The notes under the pieces were generated by a model. It saw only the letters and a program-made list of their open reading frames with translations. It ran no database searches and was not told where the DNA came from. Made by a program: the position numbers and the translations under genes. Below, one piece after another: positions 8,814 to 17,372 of a stretch of 64,000 nt of DNA. Location: positions 1,553,249-1,617,248 of the forward strand of contig CP070761.1 of assembly GCA_020348985.1 (NCBI GenBank), given 5' to 3'. The DNA is from Candidatus Thorarchaeota archaeon (GTDB taxonomy: Archaea > Asgardarchaeota > Thorarchaeia > Thorarchaeales > Thorarchaeaceae). Position 1 is the first letter of the stretch; each line of letters opens with the position of its first letter.

Positions 8814-11546
8814 ATGGGATTGAGAGGAACTGTCGTCAAGAGAATAGTCCAAGCTATCATCACAATCTGGATTGCATTGTCGATTGACTTCATATTCTTC
8901 CATATGCTCCCTGGTAATCCTGCATCACTTCTAGCAAGAAATCCGAACATTGCTGAGATAGTGCAAGAGAGAGTCATTCAGGAGTTTGGGCTCGACCAGC
9001 CCATGCACATTCAATATGGTCTGTTCCTCGTAAACTTCATCTCTGGAAATCTTGGTGTTTCATTTCATTTCCTCGTTCCTGTGCAGGACGTAATATACTC
9101 TAGACTGATGAACACGGTACTCCTAATCTTGCCAGCCACAATTCTGTCCATAATAACTGGCATATGGATAGGCAAGAAAGCGGCGTGGAAAAGAGGAGAG
9201 AAACAGGACGTCGTCGGACTTTTCATATCGCTAGTGACCTATTCGATTCCATCATTTTGGCTGTCAATGTTCTTCATTATGATATTCTCGGTCAACCTAC
9301 ACCTGTTTCCATTGACACCATGGAACCCTGCCATAGGGCCCCAAGACACTTTGGGATTCTGGCTGAACTTGTTCTCTCACCTGGTCTTGCCGTGGGCAGT
9401 GCTGTGGATCGCTCTGATTGGTGTGTTTGCACTAATAATGAGAAATGCTCTCTTGGACGTACTGAGCGAGGACTACATGGTAACGGCGAAAGCTAAAGGA
9501 AGAACCGAGAAAGAACAGCTTGACAAGGAAGCTGTCCCAAATGCAATGATCCCAGTTGCGACCATAATTGCTCTCAATATAGGATTCTCAGTTGCTGGCG
9601 CCCTTCAGGTTGAGGTTGTTTTCTCCTACCCTGGAATTGGAAGACTTCTTTGGGACGGCATACTTTACAGGGACTATCCACTGCTGCAGGCTACTTTCTT
9701 CATGATTACGGTGGTAATTGTCGTTGCCAACCTAATAGCGGATTTCCTGTACTATGCCCTAGATCCCAGAATACGAGTAGGATCGGAGGTCGTCATATCA
9801 GAAGTGAAGAATGATTCTACCCTGAGAGGCTTCCTCCAACCTTTACGTCTACTGCTCATCTTTCTCATAATTCTGAATCTTGGAGCGACTATTGCGTATC
9901 CTGCTTTCGTTGGCTTAACCATAGGTCTCAGCGTATTGGCAATTTGTCTGCTGAGGTGGAAGCAGGTTGGGGAGTATATCCTGACACGTCTAAGATCCTA
10001 TTCTCCAGCGCATCTTGGATTCTTGTGGAGGAATTATCGATACAGACTCCTTACTCACCTGTCGCTTCTTGTCCTTTCAGTCAATCTGATGGTTTTCGTT
10101 GCCATTACGATGTCTGGTGTGTACGGTCTTGAGTGGACTCTTTCATGGGGGAGATCGTTCATAGGCATAGGAGGGTTTCCTCCTTCTATTGGTCTTGAAG
10201 GAGCAGCTCACTCAATCATGGTGGGATTATCTTCAATTGCGCATCCAAGCCTCACAATTGCAGCGCTTGCACTTTCTTTGATTGGCGCGATTATGGGGAG
10301 GAGAAGCAAGACAGAAGGGATGCTTAGGCAGTTCATAGCAACTCCAATGGGAAAGTTCGGAACCATGCTTGTTGCATTCTTTGTCGGTCTTGCCATCTAT
10401 GGTGACATACTTGCACCTTATGATCCAGACCAGCAACTCACTGGCCTGCCATACAGGCGGCCAAGCCCCTTGCCTCTTGATCAGCTAGTACTTGTGTCTG
10501 TAGGATTGGGTTTATTATGTCTTGGATTTGCTATCTGGATTATTGCGTACATTAGAAAGAAACCAAATACTCCAAAGCATTTCACCAAATTGCTTGTCAG
10601 CATAGTGATAGCATTCCTGGGGATTCTCTTAGGGTCTTATTCCTACAGCAAAAACCACCTGCCCGGGATTGTGACTTCTATTGCCATCTTTCTTGTCGGC
10701 GTCTTCCTGTTGTTGAAAAATCGTTCCTTTCCAAGGGATTACATCAGTGAACTGAGAGTTTCATATTTGTCATCGATTTCAGAGAGTTTGGTGACTATCG
10801 GTCTCATATCATTCATGTATTCAGCCTTGGTGGTCATAACTGGGAATCCGACCACATACCCAGGCTTTCACATCCTCGGTACAGACCAATTGGGTAGGGA
10901 TGTTTTCAGCCAGATGGTGATTGGAGTGAGAATAACTCTGATTATTGGCTTGGTTGCAACTGTAATCACAATGACCATAGGAACCATGATAGGACTAATT
11001 GCGGGATACTATGGAGGTCTGTCTGATTCGTTTCTCATGAGATTCACAGATGTCTTCTTTGTCATTCCGACCTTGGTGATAATGATCATACTCGCAGCCA
11101 TACTTCCACCCTCAATCTACACACTCATCTTTGTCATCGGAATATTCTCTTGGCCCTCCACAGCAAGAATTGTCCGTGGACAGGTCTTGACCATAAAGGA
11201 ACGCACCTACATTGAACGTGTGCGATCTGTTGGAGGTAGCGATGTCTATATCATGGCTAGACACGTTCTACCAGCCGTTGCCCCGCTTATCGTCGCAAAT
11301 ACAGTGCTTGTCACTGCCTATGCAATCCTTTCGGAGGTCGTCCTGGACTTCTTCGGGTTGGGCGACCCAAACATGATTAGCTGGGGAACAATGCTCTATC
11401 AGGCCTTTGGCGGGGGTGCTATGTCGAGCAATCTATGGTGGCTTGTGTTTCCACCAGGCATAGCAGTAATCGTGCTTCTGATGGGAGTATCAATGATGGG
11501 TTACGCAATGGATGAGATAGCCAATCCAAGACTGAGGAGGAGGTAA
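8814..11546 (+). CDS. Fused DppB+DppC-type ABC permease with additional TM inserts
   Basis: DppB half (PGNPA, FGLDQP, DYMVTAKAKG, DPRIR) and DppC half (LGTDQLGRDV, ARIVRGQ, RHVLP, NPRLRR). Confidence 0.9.
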   Translation: MGLRGTVVKRIVQAIITIWIALSIDFIFFHMLPGNPASLLARNPNIAEIVQERVIQEFGLDQPMHIQYGLFLVNFISGNLGVSFHFLVPVQDVIYSRLMNTVLLILPATILSIITGIWIGKKAAWKRGEKQDVVGLFISLVTYSIPSFWLSMFFIMIFSVNLHLFPLTPWNPAIGPQDTLGFWLNLFSHLVLPWAVLWIALIGVFALIMRNALLDVLSEDYMVTAKAKGRTEKEQLDKEAVPNAMIPVATIIALNIGFSVAGALQVEVVFSYPGIGRLLWDGILYRDYPLLQATFFMITVVIVVANLIADFLYYALDPRIRVGSEVVISEVKNDSTLRGFLQPLRLLLIFLIILNLGATIAYPAFVGLTIGLSVLAICLLRWKQVGEYILTRLRSYSPAHLGFLWRNYRYRLLTHLSLLVLSVNLMVFVAITMSGVYGLEWTLSWGRSFIGIGGFPPSIGLEGAAHSIMVGLSSIAHPSLTIAALALSLIGAIMGRRSKTEGMLRQFIATPMGKFGTMLVAFFVGLAIYGDILAPYDPDQQLTGLPYRRPSPLPLDQLVLVSVGLGLLCLGFAIWIIAYIRKKPNTPKHFTKLLVSIVIAFLGILLGSYSYSKNHLPGIVTSIAIFLVGVFLLLKNRSFPRDYISELRVSYLSSISESLVTIGLISFMYSALVVITGNPTTYPGFHILGTDQLGRDVFSQMVIGVRITLIIGLVATVITMTIGTMIGLIAGYYGGLSDSFLMRFTDVFFVIPTLVIMIILAAILPPSIYTLIFVIGIFSWPSTARIVRGQVLTIKERTYIERVRSVGGSDVYIMARHVLPAVAPLIVANTVLVTAYAILSEVVLDFFGLGDPNMISWGTMLYQAFGGGAMSSNLWWLVFPPGIAVIVLLMGVSMMGYAMDEIANPRLRRR

Positions 11547-11551
11547 GCAAC

Positions 11552-12511
11552 ATGACCGAGGACGTCTTGGAGATAAGAAACCTGTACATTTCGTATCAAA
11601 CTAAGCAAGGAAAAGTTAAGGCTGCCGAAGATGTCAGCTTCAAGATTCGCTGCGGCGACTTCGTTGGTCTTAGTGGGGAGAGTGGATGCGGAAAAACAAC
11701 GACTGCACTGGCGGTTATGCATCTTCTACCAAAAGAAGGGATCGTTGAAGGTGGTGAAATACTCTTCAACGGTAGAAACGTTCTCGAATACAAAGACCAA
11801 GAAGTCCGTGAATACTTGTGGCGCGATGTTTCCATGATCTTTCAAGGTGCCATGAATGCACTTAATCCGGTTCACAAGGTCATCGACCAAATGACAACTG
11901 CCATCCAGATTCACGAGGGTGTGTCTCATGAGGAAGCGAGAGAACGTTCTTTGGAGCTTATAGACTCTGTTGGAATCGATATTGCAAGAGCCGGTGGTTA
12001 CCCTCATGAAATGAGTGGGGGTATGAAACAAAGACTGATGATTGCTCTTGCACTAGTATGCCATCCATCTCTTGTCATAGCAGATGAGCCCACTACCGCA
12101 TTAGACGTAATGGTGCAAGCCCAGATTCTGGAGCTGCTGAAACAACTCAGAAACAGGACCAATCTATCCCTTCTTCTCATCACACATGATTTGTCAGTTA
12201 TTGCTGAAACCTGTGACCACACTATCATTATGTATGCGGGACGAATTGTCGAAATGGGGAGTACTTCGAAGATCTTCAGTGACCCAGAGCATCCCTATAC
12301 AATGAAGCTAATCTCGTCATTCCCAAGTATACTATCAGACAAGGGAATTGACTACATACCAGGAAATCCTCCTGACTTGATCAACCCTCCAAGTGGGTGT
12401 AGGTTCCATCCCAGATGTGATTTCACCATTAATCAATGTAAGGAGAATTCTCCACCGCTAGAAGAACAAGACAATCATCTTGTAGCCTGTTGGAGGAGAA
12501 GTGATATCTAG
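11552..12511 (+). CDS. dppD: Oligopeptide ABC transporter ATP-binding protein (DppD/OppD)
   Basis: GESGCGKT, HEMSGGMKQR, IADEPTTALD, C-terminal CRFHPRC...C...VAC. Confidence 0.92.
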   Translation: MTEDVLEIRNLYISYQTKQGKVKAAEDVSFKIRCGDFVGLSGESGCGKTTTALAVMHLLPKEGIVEGGEILFNGRNVLEYKDQEVREYLWRDVSMIFQGAMNALNPVHKVIDQMTTAIQIHEGVSHEEARERSLELIDSVGIDIARAGGYPHEMSGGMKQRLMIALALVCHPSLVIADEPTTALDVMVQAQILELLKQLRNRTNLSLLLITHDLSVIAETCDHTIIMYAGRIVEMGSTSKIFSDPEHPYTMKLISSFPSILSDKGIDYIPGNPPDLINPPSGCRFHPRCDFTINQCKENSPPLEEQDNHLVACWRRSDI

Positions 12512-13524
12512 TGTCAGATGTCATTCTCGAAGCCAAGGACATTAAGAAATACTTCACAGTAAGAAGTGGACTCCTCGCTACTATTCTTCTCAACAGGGAG
12601 CCAACTTACATTAAAGCTGTGGACGGGGTCGACCTCAGTATCCGAAGAGGTGAGGTCTTCGCCATTGCAGGAGAAAGTGGGTGTGGCAAGACTACAATGG
12701 CGAGGTTGATGGTCCAACTGGAGTTACTGACAGACGGCCAGATATTCTTCGAGGGAGAAGAGGTCTCGAAGATGAATCAATCTGAGTTCAAGCCATATCG
12801 GCGAAGAATACAGATGATCTTCCAGGACCCCTATGGGGCACTCAGTAATAACATGACAATCTCAGAAGTGATAGCAGAACCTCTTAGAATACACAAGATA
12901 TACAGTAGCCCTCAAGAAGAGGAAGAGGCTGTCAGGCAGGCAATGGAGGATGTGGGATTAAGACCAGCAGAGGATTTTGTGGACAGGTTGCCGCACGAAT
13001 TGAGTGGAGGTCAGAGACAACGAGTTGCAGTGGCGGCTGCCCTCGTACTAAAACCAGACCTGTTGATTGCAGATGAGCCCGTTTCAATGCTCGATGTCTC
13101 TATGCGTGGTCAGATTCTCAACCTTCTGTTGGAACTGAGAGACAAGAAGGGAATCACGATCGTGATCATAACACACAACCTTGCTGTTGCCAAGCAGATT
13201 TCTGATCGAATTGCAGTTGCGTATCTTGGGAAGATTGTTGAAATAGGTGACACCAGAACGATCATCGAGAATCCTAAGCATGCCTATACAAAGGCTCTAC
13301 TCTCAGTTGTTCCAGTGCCAGAAATGAACGTTGAGAGAGAGCGAATACTCCTTTCGGGCGAAACTCCGAATCCTGTGAATATCCCACCAGGATGCCGCTT
13401 TCACACTAGATGTCCATTCGGGTCGTCTCGTTGTGAAGTTGATGAACCAGAGCTACGTGAACTTCCTGATGGCAGAAGAGTCGCCTGCTATGATGCACAA
13501 GAAGAAGCGATCTGCCATAGCTAG
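12511..13524 (+). CDS. dppF: Oligopeptide ABC transporter ATP-binding protein (DppF/OppF)
   Basis: GESGCGKT, HELSGGQRQR, ADEPVSMLD, CRFHTRCP. Confidence 0.92.
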   Translation: MSDVILEAKDIKKYFTVRSGLLATILLNREPTYIKAVDGVDLSIRRGEVFAIAGESGCGKTTMARLMVQLELLTDGQIFFEGEEVSKMNQSEFKPYRRRIQMIFQDPYGALSNNMTISEVIAEPLRIHKIYSSPQEEEEAVRQAMEDVGLRPAEDFVDRLPHELSGGQRQRVAVAAALVLKPDLLIADEPVSMLDVSMRGQILNLLLELRDKKGITIVIITHNLAVAKQISDRIAVAYLGKIVEIGDTRTIIENPKHAYTKALLSVVPVPEMNVERERILLSGETPNPVNIPPGCRFHTRCPFGSSRCEVDEPELRELPDGRRVACYDAQEEAICHS

Positions 13525-14658
13525 CTACTTGCTGGGGTACTTGCGTCCAACCTCTCGCGCTTTCGTGAAATGCAATACTGCCGATGCCACACCCTCTTCC
13601 CTGGATATCTCCTCTATCTTTTCGAGGGCTAGGAGTGATCTGAGTAATTTCATGGAAAGGTCCTTCATAGGAGCCGTCCTACTTCTGATTTGAACACGCA
13701 TCATATCTCCGTCGGCAGAGACATTGGACCATTCCCAAAGCCCTAGTGTTCCAATCACTGAGACTGTGCGGTCTACTAGATTGGAGACACTAGACGTGTC
13801 CTTCTCACCATTGATGACGTCGAGTTGTTGTGCATGCTCTCTGATGCTAACAAGCGTCTTGTCACTAATCGGATCCTCTATCGTGTTGGTGACAAGCCAA
13901 TCTAGAAGAGAAGGACTTAGTGTGACGACACCTCGATGACCTGTCTGTGAAGAAAGCCGCTCTCTTCGGTCTCGCCACAACGTGATGACACGTCTGTCTC
14001 TTTCAATCTTCACCTGATTGTACTCATTCTGGTGGATCCACGTGACACTTATCTTGTTGTCAGCTACGATCTCTACATCAAAAGTGAACCCAGCTTCCTC
14101 CCATCCTGCAATCAGCATTATGACAAGTAGCTCAGGTAGCCCCTGAAACATACCTGTTGTGAGGAGAAGTCTCTTCCTCTCGGATGAACATTCAACTGAC
14201 CTAAGGACTCCAACATCTCTAAGGAAGTTCGCATTGGCAACAAGCGATTCGTAATTGTTCTCCCAGAACTCCTCTGGAATTACACCCACACTCATGAGCA
14301 GCTTGGTTTGCTCAATCCCAATCTTCTTGGCCTCCAATGTTAAGTCTCTAACGGAATGGGTGCCTAGACCGCAGCCAGCGCACAGCGATAATAGATTTGA
14401 GCTGACTAGTATCATGTCAGCGGATTGAATGAGGGAATTGTGTAGGCGTGATGTCTTGATGGCATCGCACTCTTCACAATTGGGGAGATCTCTTCTTGTG
14501 CTGTAATGCTTCACAGCTTCTTCAAGAACATCATTGATGCGTCTCGAGTCACTTGAGAGTTCCTTCAAAAGATTCTTGGTGCTGGCGGAGACTGTAGTAT
14601 GTAGATGCACTCTCGGTTCACGAGACCCATTATAGTCATGTGAGTCCATAACATCCAT
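13525..14658 (-). CDS. Putative transcriptional regulator: N-terminal ribbon-helix-helix-like domain, CxxC, two repeated putative sensor domains
   Basis: RVHLHTTV-SASTKNLLKELS-RRINDVLEEAVKHY fits a beta-alpha-alpha RHH pattern. Start set at ATG 14658 (14649 is an alternative) because the upstream ORF extension overlaps motif hexamers. Confidence 0.6.
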   Translation of the reverse strand: MDVMDSHDYNGSREPRVHLHTTVSASTKNLLKELSSDSRRINDVLEEAVKHYSTRRDLPNCEECDAIKTSRLHNSLIQSADMILVSSNLLSLCAGCGLGTHSVRDLTLEAKKIGIEQTKLLMSVGVIPEEFWENNYESLVANANFLRDVGVLRSVECSSERKRLLLTTGMFQGLPELLVIMLIAGWEEAGFTFDVEIVADNKISVTWIHQNEYNQVKIERDRRVITLWRDRRERLSSQTGHRGVVTLSPSLLDWLVTNTIEDPISDKTLVSIREHAQQLDVINGEKDTSSVSNLVDRTVSVIGTLGLWEWSNVSADGDMMRVQIRSRTAPMKDLSMKLLRSLLALEKIEEISREEGVASAVLHFTKAREVGRKYPSK

Positions 14659-14797
14659 GAACAAACCCACCGGTTCGTGTTCAAGACATCTATTCCAGTT
14701 ATAGATTCGTGAACATAAGCATTCCGAAGCAGTGAGGTTTGTTGAATCTTTGAACAAGGTCATGACGAAGTGTCTTTCTCATGTGCACCCTTGTTCA
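14658..14797 (-). promoter_or_regulatory. Cluster of TGWWCA-type hexamers upstream of the candidate regulator
   Basis: Hexamers start at 14658, 14678, 14710, 14751, 14782 (TGTGCA) and 14792. 14710/14751/14792 are 41 bp apart, the first-to-last hexamer spacing of the 47-bp element. Confidence 0.6.
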
Positions 14798-16417
14798 TTC
14801 GTGAAGGTGGTCGCCCATGAGAGTCCCACGAATGAAGAATTTCTCAAATTCACCGTATGAGGCTAATTCTACATATCGAGCAGAATCCGCAATTTCTTCT
14901 GCTATCTCCCTATGAGCTATTGACAACAGCATCTTCTTTGCACCGTCTCCGGCTGCGTTGCCAACTTGAACAACACGATTCGGATCAATGGCGGGCAAGA
15001 GTCCAATGGAGACTGCGCTTTCGGGATTGATGTATGTCCCAAATGCTCCAGCTAGATAGACAGCGTCGATTTCCGTCAATGCAACATCTGCCTCTCTAAT
15101 GAGGATGTGAGTGCCTGCTAGGATTGCGCTCTTGGCAAGTTGGACTTGACGAACATCCTTTTGCGTGAACAATATTCGAGACTCAGAGTCATGCTCCCCC
15201 TTCTCGACAAGGACATAGGACGCCACCGACGGACCTACATGAATGATTCGATTCGACTCCTGCAATCTTCCGTCTTCGTCAAGCAAGCTATGCTTGAGTA
15301 GTTCTGAGACAATATCTACTATTCCCGATCCGCATATTCCTCTGGGTACACCGCCGCCGATTACTTCAATCTCGGCAGGCTGAGAAGGATCATCGATTGT
15401 AACATGTTCAATCGCACCTTCCTGACCTCTCATTCCCTGAGATATCGTAGCCCCTTCGAATGCAGATCCGGCTGCAGCTGAACAGCAAAAGAGCTCACCG
15501 TATTTGGACAACACAATCTCACCATTGGTTCCAATATCAGCACCGAGAACAACATCTTCAGACTGGTCGAGCCTCTGCGAAAGAATGAACGCTACGGTGT
15601 CCCCTCCCACAAATCCAGCGATATTCGGTGAGCAATAGACTTGGGCGGCCGAAACTTGGCCAAGCCCAACAACCTTTGAATCGGCGTTGAATGAATGTTT
15701 CATTGCTGGTTCATATGGGGCAAAGCCTAATGACGAAGTGTCTATTCCCAAGAATAGGTGATGCATTGCTGTGTTACCAACTACGGAGATTCGGCCAACT
15801 GCTTCAGAGGAAACCTGGCCTGCTTCGCATACTTCCTTAATCAGTCCGTCGATCGCTTGAACGACCAAGGACTGAAGACTGGCTGCACCCTCATCATTCT
15901 GTAAGGCATGAGTGATTCTTGTGACTACGTCCTCACCATATTCAATTTGAGGGTTGAGCATAGAAGCGCATCCAATCTGTGCCCCGTCCTTCAAGCCAAG
16001 AAGATAGGCAACAATAGTAGTAGTGCCAAGGTCAATGGCAACGCCATATTCACCGTCGATGGGCGCGTCAATAGCAATCTCATCGGTTGTGATTAGATGT
16101 TCAGCAAGAATCTTACTTCGACCTTCAACACGTGTCAGAATCGCTCTACAATGGGCCTTTGCTGTGTGTTCACAAGCAAGACGAACTCCGCGTCTGATAT
16201 CTTCGCCTTTGAGGTGAAGCGAGTCGATCTTGGTCGGCGATGGTTTGGGCTTAAGTATGATTCTACACTTGCCACATGTTCCTTTGCCTCCGCACTCAGC
16301 CGGTATATGCAAACCCATTCTTCTTGCTGCCTCTAGAAAAGAAGTATTGGAGTCCAAAAGGATTCGTAGCCCTGAAGGCTCGAATACTACTAACCACCTC
16401 TCTTCCAAGAATGTCAC
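14795..16417 (-). CDS. ATP-dependent reductive activator of corrinoid proteins (RACo/DUF4445 ASKHA type with N-terminal 2Fe-2S)
   Basis: CGGKGTCGKC...RLAC ferredoxin domain; DLGTTT, NPQIEYGEDV, GFVGGD, DIGTNGE, AFEG, GICGSG, LAGAFG, GNAAG. Confidence 0.9.
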   Translation of the reverse strand: MTFLEERWLVVFEPSGLRILLDSNTSFLEAARRMGLHIPAECGGKGTCGKCRIILKPKPSPTKIDSLHLKGEDIRRGVRLACEHTAKAHCRAILTRVEGRSKILAEHLITTDEIAIDAPIDGEYGVAIDLGTTTIVAYLLGLKDGAQIGCASMLNPQIEYGEDVVTRITHALQNDEGAASLQSLVVQAIDGLIKEVCEAGQVSSEAVGRISVVGNTAMHHLFLGIDTSSLGFAPYEPAMKHSFNADSKVVGLGQVSAAQVYCSPNIAGFVGGDTVAFILSQRLDQSEDVVLGADIGTNGEIVLSKYGELFCCSAAAGSAFEGATISQGMRGQEGAIEHVTIDDPSQPAEIEVIGGGVPRGICGSGIVDIVSELLKHSLLDEDGRLQESNRIIHVGPSVASYVLVEKGEHDSESRILFTQKDVRQVQLAKSAILAGTHILIREADVALTEIDAVYLAGAFGTYINPESAVSIGLLPAIDPNRVVQVGNAAGDGAKKMLLSIAHREIAEEIADSARYVELASYGEFEKFFIRGTLMGDHLHE

Positions 16418-17323
16418 CTAACTTATCCTGTAACGAGGATGTGTCTTGTCAATGGGGGTTCGAGTTTCAAGCAAAATACCCGATAGCGCTACATCAATCA
16501 TTGCAATAGACGGGTAGACAATTGGTGCATCTTGTACCGGGCCGTACAGGACAAAGTCAGCCCCTAAGACAACAGGCATCAGATTGGATCCGACGAAAGC
16601 AGGCTTTTTCGCTTCATCTCCAAACTTCGGAACCAACCCCCTCCAAGTACTAACAGCATTGTGTGCGCCGCAGCCAACAGGGTATCCTTGTTTTTCTTTG
16701 ATAGTTTGTAGTGCTTTACAAGCTAGGCCTAGAGTGAGTAGGTCTGCAACACCTGTGTCGATGAGCAAGTTTGTGAAACCAGAATTCTTTGCTTTTTTTA
16801 TTAGGGAATCAGCCAATTCAACTCTCTTCGTGGCTGATGCCATGGCTTCTGACGAGAAAGTGAGAAGCACTACATTCTTGAGGCCAGTATCCTGGAACCG
16901 GGAATAGACTTCGCCTGAAGATTCAGGAGTCAGGGAATTCAAAACCACTCTATGAAGAAGACCAGCATCGCTTGCAGCATTCACACCGGCAAGATTGACT
17001 GCTGTTTGGTCTGATCCATCAATCATGAGTGGAGAATCTGTCATGTCGGCTAGCAATCGGATGTATCTGTCGGCTGCCTCTGGAGATATCGCAACGACAT
17101 CTAACATGCTGGGCAATCCGGTCTTTTCAGAAGTCTCCTCCAAATTCTGGAGGACATCCTCTGTTCCCGCTACATCAATTCTGCCCGATTTGGGATCTAA
17201 AACGAGTCTGTCACCTGTGTAGAAAATTGACCCTACTAGGACTGTGGGATTGACACCAGGTTGTCCACCTATCTTTACTCCACCGATTTCAAGTATCTTT
17301 TGTTCGACTTGATATTCGAACAA
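16418..17323 (-). CDS. mtrH: MtrH-like methyl-corrinoid:tetrahydropterin methyltransferase
   Basis: IGGQPG-NPTVLVGSIFY, LIDTGV, GCGAHNA, GADFVLYGP. TTG start at 17323 follows GGAGGTG (ORF track start 17362). No other mtr subunits nearby. Confidence 0.85.
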   Translation of the reverse strand: MFEYQVEQKILEIGGVKIGGQPGVNPTVLVGSIFYTGDRLVLDPKSGRIDVAGTEDVLQNLEETSEKTGLPSMLDVVAISPEAADRYIRLLADMTDSPLMIDGSDQTAVNLAGVNAASDAGLLHRVVLNSLTPESSGEVYSRFQDTGLKNVVLLTFSSEAMASATKRVELADSLIKKAKNSGFTNLLIDTGVADLLTLGLACKALQTIKEKQGYPVGCGAHNAVSTWRGLVPKFGDEAKKPAFVGSNLMPVVLGADFVLYGPVQDAPIVYPSIAMIDVALSGILLETRTPIDKTHPRYRIS

Positions 17324-17372
17324 GGGTCTCACCTCCAATAATGAGCGTCGACGCGACCCCACGTTAGATTGA

